DNA from: Fibrobacter succinogenes subsp. succinogenes S85 | GTDB taxonomy: Bacteria; Fibrobacterota; Fibrobacteria; Fibrobacterales; Fibrobacteraceae | Assembly (NCBI RefSeq): GCF_000146505.1 | Contig: NC_017448.1 | Location: 2,880,001-2,912,000 of the forward strand | Length of the DNA stretch: 32,000 bases | Direction of reading: 5' to 3' | Shown: positions 1-8,584 of the stretch, piece after piece | Numbering within the stretch: position 1 is the first letter of the stretch | Layout: each line of letters begins with the position of its first letter | Notes under the pieces: generated by a model | What the model saw: the letters and a program-made list of their open reading frames with translations, nothing else | What the model was told of the DNA's origin: nothing | Database searches by the model: none | Position numbers and translations under genes: made by a program

Positions 1-1
1 T

Positions 2-2227
2 GAAATTCCGTTTGTCTCTTCTGCTATGGCTTCGGACAAAAAGACTACTGCCGACGGTATGATTCGTCTCCTCGTCGCTCCGGTTGTTGATCCGTGTGCA
101 GGTAACGCAGCTTGCACGACTCCGCTCAAGTTGAACCCGTCTGTCGGTGATGAATACTCCTTGGTATCTACCAATACAAAGGCCGTGTTCTACGAAATGA
201 AGGGCGGTGTACTTACCCAGTTCGATCCGAGCAGAACTCGCAAGATTGGTGCTGGTGGTATCGATACTATTTATGTCACGGTTCCGTTCTCTGAATTTGA
301 CGTGAGCGACGTTGAAAAGGTGACCGTCAATGTTAAGCAGAGCTCTCTCAAGGCTGAACTTTCCTTCTTCGTTCCGAAGATTGTGTTTGTGACCTCCGAG
401 ACCTCTTTGGAGCAGCCTGATATGACCAAGGACCTTGAAAAGATGAAGCTCGAAATGGTCGACTTCTACATTCTCGCCCTTGACCAGAACAACAATCCTT
501 GCTTGACCTGTAACTTTGATTTGGGCCGCGGATCTCAGACCTCAGCTGGTATCAAGATTGTTACGGGTGCCGATAATACTATCTCTGTCAAAGATGGCCG
601 TGCAACGGTGACTATCTATTCTGAACTCACGTACGAACGTGGAGGCACAAATGGTGTTGCAGCCCTCCACTTGACGGGTCCGGCTCCGACTTTGATGTCT
701 GCCCTCTATCCGAACTTGATCTTTAGCGAACCTCCGGTTCCGATGCCGAAGTTTGCTGATATCTTTGACGTTCATGGTGAAACACCGACGACGGAAATGA
801 ATGTTGAAGCTCCGTACTTCAGCATGCAGACAGAATACCTCGATGGTATCGCAGACTCCATTGTCATCTACTACGCTCGTGAATTCCATAAGGACTCTCT
901 CCCGGGCAAGATCGCTATCTTCTGGGAAGAAGACGCTAAGGATTCTGTGCTCTTTGAAAAGGACGAAGTTGCTGCAGGTGCTTATTGCGGTATGCCTGCT
1001 GCATCTGCCGACTCCTTGTGCGCTCCGAAAATCACTCTTGGCGGCAAGAAGCTCTCCAAGAAGGTGAAGACGGGTGGCGTGGGTAAGATTAAGTCCTGGG
1101 CTACTTACATGTCTCGTGGTACCGTGGTCACGCAGGATTACTCTTGCACGATTTACGACCGTATTGCTCCGGTTATCATCGGTGCGAGAGCCAAGACCGA
1201 AGCTTCTAGCGAAACGGTGAAGCTTACTATCCAGTTCTCTGAACCGATTCAGAAGTCTACCGATGCTGCTGCTGAAGGCGACAAGATGCTTTCCTTCTTC
1301 ATCAATAACGGCAAGGCAACTGGTTTCTATGAACACATCCCGCTTTTGACGGGTACTTCCTTCCCGGAAGGTTCGACCAACGAAAACCTCACGTTGCTCT
1401 ACAGCCAGAAGAATAGCTCCGGTGTATTCCCGCAGTCTGGTGACTACATCCACTTCAGACATCTCATGATTACCGATCAGTCTGACTATATGACCTATCC
1501 GGGGGCTGATACGATTCGTCCGGCTGATGATGCCTCTTTCAAGTGGAACGTCGCTACGGGTTATGATCCTCTCGGTTCTGGCCGTAAGCCGTCTCCGTGG
1601 GCTCTGATCTCTGGTCAAGTTAACTCCTATGCTGTAAGACTCATTCCGGATGCCAAGGGTGGCATTCCGAAGACTCCGGGTGAAGCTGCAAACCTCGATG
1701 TTGTGGAAGTCTTTACCTATGATGCTGCTAAGGACGATGATGACTTCAGAAAGGATATCCGTGCTGGTCAGGGCGAATTTGAAAAGTATGGCTTCATTCC
1801 TCATGGCTGGTATGTCAAGAGCGATATGGGCAATTTGATTGAATCGGAAGACCAGTTCGTCAATGCCGACAAGAAGAACGTGTTCTTTGATTATGAACTC
1901 CAGTTCTTCACGAATCTTGGTTCGTTTGTCGCTAGCCAGAAGGGCCGCATCTATTGCGATGACGATGAAAACATGAAGAACAACAGAAAGTACTACTTCG
2001 GTGGTGCAGGTCACAACTGCGTTGAGAACCGCAAGAACTTCTTCATCGTTTGGAACATGAAGTCCAAGCAGAATCGTCTCGTTGGTTCTGGTGCCTACAT
2101 TACCAAGCTCAACTCCTACGTGCAGCTTGATACCTTCGGCAAGAAGAACAAGATTGAAAAGTCTGAAATGTGGGGCGTCCGCCATAACGCAAAGACGATT
2201 GGCAGCTTCCCGTCATTGCTCCCGTAA
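2..2227 (+). CDS. Large surface/secreted-type hypothetical protein, probably 5'-truncated by the window edge
   Basis: The ORF track gives 26..2227 (733 aa). The frame stays open back to nt 2 (gaa att ccg ttt gtc tct tct gct ATG). There is no purine-rich SD before the ATG at 26 and no signal peptide after it, so the true start is probably upstream of the window. I cannot name a domain. A strong terminator follows. Confidence 0.6.
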   Translation, partial: EIPFVSSAMASDKKTTADGMIRLLVAPVVDPCAGNAACTTPLKLNPSVGDEYSLVSTNTKAVFYEMKGGVLTQFDPSRTRKIGAGGIDTIYVTVPFSEFDVSDVEKVTVNVKQSSLKAELSFFVPKIVFVTSETSLEQPDMTKDLEKMKLEMVDFYILALDQNNNPCLTCNFDLGRGSQTSAGIKIVTGADNTISVKDGRATVTIYSELTYERGGTNGVAALHLTGPAPTLMSALYPNLIFSEPPVPMPKFADIFDVHGETPTTEMNVEAPYFSMQTEYLDGIADSIVIYYAREFHKDSLPGKIAIFWEEDAKDSVLFEKDEVAAGAYCGMPAASADSLCAPKITLGGKKLSKKVKTGGVGKIKSWATYMSRGTVVTQDYSCTIYDRIAPVIIGARAKTEASSETVKLTIQFSEPIQKSTDAAAEGDKMLSFFINNGKATGFYEHIPLLTGTSFPEGSTNENLTLLYSQKNSSGVFPQSGDYIHFRHLMITDQSDYMTYPGADTIRPADDASFKWNVATGYDPLGSGRKPSPWALISGQVNSYAVRLIPDAKGGIPKTPGEAANLDVVEVFTYDAAKDDDDFRKDIRAGQGEFEKYGFIPHGWYVKSDMGNLIESEDQFVNADKKNVFFDYELQFFTNLGSFVASQKGRIYCDDDENMKNNRKYYFGGAGHNCVENRKNFFIVWNMKSKQNRLVGSGAYITKLNSYVQLDTFGKKNKIEKSEMWGVRHNAKTIGSFPSLLP

Positions 2228-2248
2228 TAGACTAGCGTAAAACTTTTA

Positions 2249-2274
2249 AAGCCTCCCAATCGGGAGGCTTTTTC
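2249..2274 (+). terminator. Rho-independent terminator after the 733-aa ORF
   Basis: 9-bp stem AAGCCTCCC (2249-2257), loop aatc, GGGAGGCTT (2262-2270), running into TTTTT. Confidence 0.8.
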
Positions 2275-2286
2275 TATATTTAAGGC

Positions 2287-2688
2287 ATGCGAAAGATTTT
2301 AATAGCCCTTTCTTTATGTGCGATGGCTTGGGCCGGATCGCCAACCGATTTGGATTCCCTTTTCCGCGGTAACGAGTACAAGCCGACGCTTAGCGCCTCT
2401 CTCCGCGATACAACGAGCAATTCTGCTGTGCCTGCCAAGGTTACTGGCAAGAACGATAAGGCTGACGGTTTCTACATGCTCCAGTTTGAAGCTGTCGGTG
2501 ATTTTGATGCCGCCCAGAGGCGCAAGGCTCAGCTTTCTGCTAGCACGGGTTACTCCATCCAGGTCGTGTTCGACCCTCCGTTCTACAAGCTCCGCGGTGG
2601 TGGATGGACAAAGCGCAAGGTCGCCGAAGACAAGGCTCGCGAACTCTCTGCATACAATATCAACGCCTTCGTCGTCAAGCTTCGATAA
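2287..2688 (+). CDS. SPOR-domain (peptidoglycan-binding) secreted protein
   Basis: N-terminal signal peptide MRKILIALSLCAMAWA. The C-terminal ~75 aa fit the SPOR pattern (FYMLQFEAVGDFDAAQRRKAQL...YSIQVVFDPPFYKLRGGGWTKRKVAEDKARELS). Confidence 0.75.
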   Translation: MRKILIALSLCAMAWAGSPTDLDSLFRGNEYKPTLSASLRDTTSNSAVPAKVTGKNDKADGFYMLQFEAVGDFDAAQRRKAQLSASTGYSIQVVFDPPFYKLRGGGWTKRKVAEDKARELSAYNINAFVVKLR

Positions 2689-2716
2689 AACGCGTATCTG
2701 AGCGCTTAATGCACAA

Positions 2717-2749
2717 AGAGCAGGCCCTTCCGCCTGCTCTTGCTTTTTT
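2717..2749 (+). terminator. Rho-independent terminator between convergent genes (possibly bidirectional)
   Basis: Stem AGAGCAGGC (2717-2725), loop ccttcc, GCCTGCTCT (2732-2740), followed by TGCTTTTTT. On the minus strand only TTTGTG follows, so it is weaker for the 1360-aa gene. Confidence 0.75.
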
Positions 2750-2825
2750 CTGCTCAGGATGGCTCTGTCTGCGGTTTACTATTTATCGCCACTGCGCACA
2801 GCCTACCGTCTACTTCCTACTACCA

Positions 2826-5800
2826 CTACATCACGCCAAGTGCTTGCTTGATGCTGTAGTCGTCGCGCTTCAGGAGGGTGCGTTCTTCAGGTGGCACGTA
2901 GGCCATCTTGCGTTCGCTGTCGGGCCTCTTGGAGCGGTCGCGCAGCACGACGTTTTTGTTCGTAAGCGAGTAGAAGAACGGACCTGTCTTGATGAACTGT
3001 TTCTGGTGCAACGCCTGCTTGATTGCTTCGCTCAAGATGGCGTTTGTCTTTGCGCTGGTGCGTTCGACATGGTGCAGTTCCAGAATCCTCTGCAACAGGA
3101 GCTCTCCGTGAATCGGTGATTCGCTGTCCACGTAGAACTTGAGCTCTTCGATAAGCTTTTCTGCTGCGATTTCTGTAAGCGGTAAGTTCGCTTCTGCAGA
3201 GGCTGGGTGCTTTACGCAGTACGGCTCGATATTTATGGTTGTACTCTGTTCGGCTTCGTCAAGCGGGATATCTTCTTGCGGTGGCGGTGCGACGCTTTGT
3301 TCAATCGCAATCGTTGCAATGAGGTTTTCCTTTTCGTCCTCGTTTGAAATGTTCCAAAGCGGGAGCCACATGCGGAGGACCTTCCAACCGAGCCTTGAAA
3401 GGGTGTTCGGACGTGTGTATTCCCGGTCTTCAATGGACTCTTTGTAATTGCCGCAGGTGCAGTCGCTTTCAATGACGGCTAGGAACCGCTTGGAGTTGTT
3501 CGCGTCGATGACGACTGGACCTACAGGAATGTTGCCATTTGCAAAGCTATCCTTGATTGCGATGGATTCTTTTGTAAGCGCTTCTTTAATTTGTTTGTTA
3601 AAGATGGAATCTGAAAGCTCGTTGACGTTGGAATTTTTGAAAGAAGAGTTGCTTTTAAGGGCGTTTACCCATTCCTGGAAAAGGCTGTGCTTTGCGCTTG
3701 CGAGCTTGCCTGATTCCTCTTCCGACAAGAAAAGGCAAAGACTATGCTTTGCGAGTGTCGTGCAAATCGAGAGCTTGCAGATGCCTGTGACGTTTGTTAA
3801 ACTGTCGGAGTCAGCGCAAACGAAAATGGTGTCGCGGTACATGTCTACAGCTCGTTCAATCGTCTTGACGTAGAACTTGTTTGTCAGGTTCCCTTGCGTA
3901 AAGAATCTTGATGCACTAGGTCTTTTTTCCAAAAGCGTTTGAATGGCGCTTTCGATTGCACTACTGAGCGCTTGGCTTGTTGTTACAATGCCGAGTGTCT
4001 GGCTAGGATTCTTTTCTGCATGCTGAACCGCTTTCTCTGCGATGGATAAAACCTTGTCGTGTACGGTCTTGACGGTCTGCGGTTTGCCTGTCGCCAATGT
4101 GGAATTGGGGAACTGCGATATTTCGTTGTTGTAGATTTTGTTGTTGGCAAAACTGAATAGCGACGGGTCGGCGTATTGTGCTGTGTAGCCAATGACGCGA
4201 GTCGGGATTCCCTTGCGCAGTGCTGCAGAAAGGACGTTGTCCTTGAAGAATATTGACTGCGACGAAAGTTCCATGTTGCATGCATCCATCGGCAGCATTT
4301 CGAGCGTAGGAGCGCACGGATTGCCAAAGAGGATGACTTTTTTGGATTTGTAAATGCACGGCATGGCTTCGGCAAGTGTTATGCAGTCGGCATCCAAAAG
4401 CAATGTTACATCGAATGAATCAAAATTTTGCTCATAAGTTTGCGAGAGCTTGATGCTTTGGAATAAGTCAGGATTCTTTTCAACAGCTTCGTGGGTGGCT
4501 CTGAAATTTGCATTGCAGAACTGGTCTAACAGAGTCTTGAATTGCTTGCCGAGCTGTTTGCGGTTCTTTGCAGATGGGCTGAACAAGTCCGGGCATTCCG
4601 CTGTGGCAGCTTGCATTTGGCTGTTTGTCCAGGCGCGTGCGAAAGCTATAGCGATATCCTTGTTTGCATTTTTCGTATCCTTGACGAATTGCGCAAGATT
4701 CTCGCATGGCGAATCGCTGATGTTTTCCATGTGCTCGCAAATCTGCAAGTAAATATCTTGTTCGTTCCACAGCTTTGACCAATGAACTACCTTATCCGTC
4801 CATAGTTCCACGTTTTGCGTTTCCATGGACTCGCTCAGGTTGAACGACTTGCTAATGCTCTGGAGCTTCTTTTGCAGCTCTTCAATGCTTGTCTGGATGT
4901 TGTCCAAATTTACGGCATGCGGCTTGAACAAATGCCATTTTGAAAGGAGTTGCAACAAGTAATCGTGCTGGTCGCTATTCTTGATGCGTGCGCGGAATAC
5001 AAAGTAATGGCGAATCTTGTCGGCTAAATCCTTCCAGTCGGTCTTTTCGTATTTCCAGTCCTTGCCGAACAAGTGCGTGGCGAGAACGGAAGAATCTTTG
5101 TACTTGCGCCTGTATTCCTGAATTTCGATGAGCTTGTCAACTTGTTCAAGGAGCATTTCGTCGGAGGTGATACTCTTGGGATCCTTGAATACTTTGAGCA
5201 AAATGCGCTTTGGCCTGCGGTAGTGATCCGAAAGTGCCTTGAGTGTAGAGCTTAGGCTGTTTTCAAATTCATTACGCACTTCAATGATGTTGGCTTCGAT
5301 GGCTTCGTCTGTGAAAATATCAGAGCCTTTGCGTCGGTAGCTAGACCAATGCGCTCCTGCACTTGGCAAGTCGTTGAGATCGTCCTGGTAGGCAATCCAG
5401 CCGTTGGAATGGAGATCCCAATCTTCGAAACCGGGCATTTCGCTGTCGAAGTTTTTCTTGAAAACTTTGACAAGTTCCAAAAGATCCGAAAGCTTGATTC
5501 CGTCAAGATAAAGCTCGGATTTTGTTGCGCTTTCAGCAAACGGCTTGATTGTTTCAATAAATGCTTTAGCTTGTTCTAGGTCTTCGCCGATTTGTGCTTT
5601 GCGGTCTTGCGAAACGGCGGGTAGCGTGATTCCCTGGAATGCGTTATAAATCTCGATGCCGTTTTCGTTGAAGAACAGCTGCGTCAATTGTTCAAGGCTC
5701 ATTTGCATGGACTTGAACTTTTTGTAGCGTACATTTTCAATGTTCTTGAAAAGATCGCTTGCAAACTTTGTCTTGACTGTTTTTAATTTGGCAATTTCGT

Positions 5801-6908
5801 CAAGCAGTTCCGTGAGCTTTGCGCCACTCGGCTTGAGCGGGTAATTGACGGCGTCATAATAGGAGACGAGCTTAGCTCGGGTTTCACTGAGGACTGTCTT
5901 GATGGCGTCGCGTTCGGGTCCTTGGAACGAACGGAAGGGGGGCTTCCATGTGTTTTCAAAGTTGTACTTGGTAATCGCTCGACGGCTTACAACGCAGACT
6001 TTTTTCTTTTGCTCAATGAGGTCTGCAACGATGTTGACAGCTGCTTTAGCCTTTTCGCTCCCAGGGAGAGTTTGTATGGCATAGGCGGAAACGTCTGTGT
6101 TTAGCGCATCAATGATGGCCTTGTTTGTCTGCGAATCGGTCGTATACGGGAAGTAGTGATCCGTTGGCGTGTAAACATGGTCGTAGGGGATTTCTTCAAA
6201 TGAAGATGGGACCGGCAAGAATCCGTCGTTGCCGATTGTTGCAACAAAGAAATCATTGTTGGCGGCTTTAGCGGTTGTCCAACATTCGCTTGTCAGTTTT
6301 TTCTTGAGAAGGAGCCTGTTTGTGCTATAGAATGTGACACAGTAGCCGTTACGTGTAAACTTCCAATCTGCTTTGGACGCAATCTTTTTTTCAAGGGCAT
6401 CAAAAAATTTCTGTATGGCAAAAGTCCCATTCTTGAAAAAGTCAAGTGCTGTCGGGAACTTGATGCTTTTGTCAAGTGTCGGGAGTGCGATGTTTTCAAT
6501 TGGGGCGCGTGCCGAAATGGCGACCGTGTCGTGTTCAGCATCGTAGTCAAGCGGGATGAGGATTGCGGGGGCAAGGCATTTTTCACCCCACTTGATGAAT
6601 CCTGTTGCTATGTACAAGTCCTGGTTGCAGAAGTCTTCGGATTTTGATTTTAGGACCTTGCGAAACTTTTCGAGATCGGCGGCTTGCTTTTCCTCATCGT
6701 ATTTTGCGGAGATGGGGAAAAACTGCGGAAGCGCACGTGGGGCAGGCTCTTTTTGCCAGGATTCGAAAAACAGGTCCCCATTGTCTAAAAGAAGTGGGGA
6801 CTGGAATTTGTTTTTTTGCGAAAAACAGAGCAAACGGTCTTTGCTTTCAAAGACTGATGCCTCTTCACGAATCTTTTCTATGGTTGCAGACACGGACGTT
6901 GATGCCAT
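2826..6908 (-). CDS. DUF4011 / Upf1-like SF1 helicase-like / REase-like / DUF3320 protein with degenerate ATPase motifs
   Basis: 1360-aa uninterrupted ORF. DUF4011-like N-terminus (LYIATGFIKWGE..ILIPL). 'TDSQTNKAIIDAL' box followed by TLPGSEKA where relatives have GPPGTGKS/T. DADC in place of DEAS. C-terminal 'RLGWKVLRMWLPLW' and a DUF3320-like 'PIHGELLLQRILELHHVERTSAKT'. No GK[ST] anywhere in the protein. Confidence 0.7.
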   Translation of the reverse strand: MASTSVSATIEKIREEASVFESKDRLLCFSQKNKFQSPLLLDNGDLFFESWQKEPAPRALPQFFPISAKYDEEKQAADLEKFRKVLKSKSEDFCNQDLYIATGFIKWGEKCLAPAILIPLDYDAEHDTVAISARAPIENIALPTLDKSIKFPTALDFFKNGTFAIQKFFDALEKKIASKADWKFTRNGYCVTFYSTNRLLLKKKLTSECWTTAKAANNDFFVATIGNDGFLPVPSSFEEIPYDHVYTPTDHYFPYTTDSQTNKAIIDALNTDVSAYAIQTLPGSEKAKAAVNIVADLIEQKKKVCVVSRRAITKYNFENTWKPPFRSFQGPERDAIKTVLSETRAKLVSYYDAVNYPLKPSGAKLTELLDEIAKLKTVKTKFASDLFKNIENVRYKKFKSMQMSLEQLTQLFFNENGIEIYNAFQGITLPAVSQDRKAQIGEDLEQAKAFIETIKPFAESATKSELYLDGIKLSDLLELVKVFKKNFDSEMPGFEDWDLHSNGWIAYQDDLNDLPSAGAHWSSYRRKGSDIFTDEAIEANIIEVRNEFENSLSSTLKALSDHYRRPKRILLKVFKDPKSITSDEMLLEQVDKLIEIQEYRRKYKDSSVLATHLFGKDWKYEKTDWKDLADKIRHYFVFRARIKNSDQHDYLLQLLSKWHLFKPHAVNLDNIQTSIEELQKKLQSISKSFNLSESMETQNVELWTDKVVHWSKLWNEQDIYLQICEHMENISDSPCENLAQFVKDTKNANKDIAIAFARAWTNSQMQAATAECPDLFSPSAKNRKQLGKQFKTLLDQFCNANFRATHEAVEKNPDLFQSIKLSQTYEQNFDSFDVTLLLDADCITLAEAMPCIYKSKKVILFGNPCAPTLEMLPMDACNMELSSQSIFFKDNVLSAALRKGIPTRVIGYTAQYADPSLFSFANNKIYNNEISQFPNSTLATGKPQTVKTVHDKVLSIAEKAVQHAEKNPSQTLGIVTTSQALSSAIESAIQTLLEKRPSASRFFTQGNLTNKFYVKTIERAVDMYRDTIFVCADSDSLTNVTGICKLSICTTLAKHSLCLFLSEEESGKLASAKHSLFQEWVNALKSNSSFKNSNVNELSDSIFNKQIKEALTKESIAIKDSFANGNIPVGPVVIDANNSKRFLAVIESDCTCGNYKESIEDREYTRPNTLSRLGWKVLRMWLPLWNISNEDEKENLIATIAIEQSVAPPPQEDIPLDEAEQSTTINIEPYCVKHPASAEANLPLTEIAAEKLIEELKFYVDSESPIHGELLLQRILELHHVERTSAKTNAILSEAIKQALHQKQFIKTGPFFYSLTNKNVVLRDRSKRPDSERKMAYVPPEERTLLKRDDYSIKQALGVM

Positions 6909-6943
6909 GTCATGAATATAAATTTTTTTTAACCAAGAAAACG

Positions 6944-7828
6944 CTAGAGAGTTTCCATAATTATGGATATCGCGTCAACGAGGGCTATGGGCGTGTCGTT
7001 TCCAGTCAGGTGTGCCTTGTAGCAGACGCGTCCGAAAAGCATCTCGGGCGTGATGCCTGCTTCCTTGTCCTGACGCAGGCTATGGGCGAGTTCGCGCTTG
7101 GATAGCTTCTTGTTGTTCGCATCCACGATGAGCGGGTGGTGCAGGTAGACAGGGCGCTCTGTGCGGCCTAGCGCTTCCATGAGCGCAATCTGGCGGGCGG
7201 TGGAATTGCGAATGTCTTCGCCCCGGACAATGTGCGTGATTTGCTCGTCGATGTCGTCTACGCAGACGGCGAACTGGTATGTCCATTGGTTGTCGCGGTC
7301 GAGGATGGGGAAGTCTCCGCACTGGAGTTTTGGATTCTCGTGAAAGTCCCCGAGGCGCAGGTCGTGCCAGTCAATAAACTTATTCGGGACGATAAACCGC
7401 AAATTATGCGGCGCAGTGTCTATACTTCCTACTTCCGGCTTCCTACTTCCTACTTCCTTAAAGCACTTGCCCTGATAAACAATCTCACCGGTTTCGCTTT
7501 GCGGGTTTTCGGCGAGGAGCTGCTTGCGGCTGCAATAGCATGGGTAAACTAATGATTTTTCTTTGAGTTTTTGGAGGGCGGCTTCGTAGACCTGTCCGCG
7601 CGCACTTTGTATGCTCTCGGAATCGTATTTAAACCCAAGCCAAGCTAAATCTTCTCGGATGCCAGCAATATAGGCGGGTCGCGCACGGCTTTGGTCATGG
7701 TCTTCAATTCGCAAGTGGATCTTTAAGTTCCATTTTTTTGCTGCGGCCCACACATAAAGTGCCGAAAGCAAATGGCCTTCGTGAAGGTATCCTGTGGGGC
7801 TTGGTGCAAATCGAATTTTTCCGGACAT
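6944..7828 (-). CDS. gluQ: Glutamyl-Q tRNA(Asp) synthetase (truncated GluRS paralogue)
   Basis: 294 aa. Class I HIGH-type motif 'RFAPSPTGYLHEGHLLSAL', 'RIEDHD', Cys cluster 'YPCYCSRKQ...YQGKC', 'IVRGEDI' and KMSKS-type 'KLSKR'. The size fits GluQRS, which lacks the anticodon-binding domain. Confidence 0.85.
   Translation of the reverse strand: MSGKIRFAPSPTGYLHEGHLLSALYVWAAAKKWNLKIHLRIEDHDQSRARPAYIAGIREDLAWLGFKYDSESIQSARGQVYEAALQKLKEKSLVYPCYCSRKQLLAENPQSETGEIVYQGKCFKEVGSRKPEVGSIDTAPHNLRFIVPNKFIDWHDLRLGDFHENPKLQCGDFPILDRDNQWTYQFAVCVDDIDEQITHIVRGEDIRNSTARQIALMEALGRTERPVYLHHPLIVDANNKKLSKRELAHSLRQDKEAGITPEMLFGRVCYKAHLTGNDTPIALVDAISIIMETL
7425..7459 (-). repeat. Tandem heptamer array (CTTCCTA)5 inside gluQ
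   Basis: Units are CTTCCTA|CTTCCGG|CTTCCTA|CTTCCTA|CTTCCTT, read directly. The array encodes KEVGSRKPEVGS on the minus strand. Confidence 0.9.
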
Positions 7829-7990
7829 GGTGCAAATTTAGGTTTCGGTACAAAAATAAGTTTTAAAACTGTTACTTAACTCACATTTTTTGTATGAAAA
7901 AACATAAATATTTTGTTTTTTTCGATAAAATTGATTTTGTGATATATATTACTCATAGTTAAAGGGATGTTTTATAAAAACGGAGTACTT

Positions 7991-8578
7991 ATGGGTGGAA
8001 TGAAAATTCTTTCGAGAGCCTGCATGGCTCTTGTCTTTGCGATTGCCGCAAATGTCTTCGCTGAAGATGTTGTCGCAATGGCTTCTAACGGTTCGGCCGT
8101 TATTTTACACGACAATGGTCGTTGGGAATATCACCAGAATAACAGTAGAATCCGTGATGTGCGTGAGAGCGCCATCCCTGAAGATGCCAAGTTCAATGTG
8201 ATGGTGGAATATGAATCTCCGGATCGTGTGCGCAAGAACGTTCGCCTTGCCATGGAAGCGGAATACGCCACCGAACAAGAAATTAGAGATAGCTTAAGAG
8301 CAGTTCCGCAGGGCGGATACATCTATTTCCAGGTCAAGACTTCGCAAATCAAGAAAGGATTCCCGCGTAAGCTGACTTACTCCCTTTACGATGGCGGTAA
8401 GAAACCTATATTTACGAAAACAGCTTACGATACCGAAGCGGTTCCGAGTGAACAGAGAGGCGTGTCTAATTTGATGGTTGTCCCTGTTTACGGGCACCCG
8501 AAGTCTAATGTGATGCTTGCGCGTGTGCAGGCTCGCGACGGGATGGAGACGCTCGATATCGATATCCCCGTTAGGTAA
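7991..8578 (+). CDS. Secreted hypothetical protein
   Basis: The ORF track starts at 7967. The ATG at 7991 has GGAG 5 nt upstream and yields a typical signal peptide MGGMKILSRACMALVFAIAANVFA|EDV. No nameable domain. The stop lies 6 nt before the next gene. Confidence 0.6.
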   Translation: MGGMKILSRACMALVFAIAANVFAEDVVAMASNGSAVILHDNGRWEYHQNNSRIRDVRESAIPEDAKFNVMVEYESPDRVRKNVRLAMEAEYATEQEIRDSLRAVPQGGYIYFQVKTSQIKKGFPRKLTYSLYDGGKKPIFTKTAYDTEAVPSEQRGVSNLMVVPVYGHPKSNVMLARVQARDGMETLDIDIPVR

Positions 8579-8584
8579 TTTGCA

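Noticed and set aside
542-2185. 547-aa minus-strand ORF, and similar long antisense ORFs at 13478-14125, 17110-18465, 20792-21403, 28394-29326 and 29503-30753
   Set aside because: Each lies wholly inside a sense-strand gene with clear homology or modular logic. Their products are R/H/V-rich with no motifs. They are shadow ORFs.
2318-3119. Plus-strand ORFs 2318-2701 and 2604-3119 overlapping the SPOR gene, the terminator and the 3' end of the 1360-aa gene
   Set aside because: These are alternative-frame or antisense reads through better-supported genes. One runs straight through a terminator hairpin. No motifs.
7829-7990. AT-rich divergent spacer between gluQ and the secreted-protein gene, searched for promoter boxes (e.g. 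TGTGATATAT extended -10-like at ~7938)
   Set aside because: I could not find a -35/-10 pair with acceptable spacing or a Bacteroidetes-type TAnnTTTG box. The evidence is too weak to annotate a promoter.
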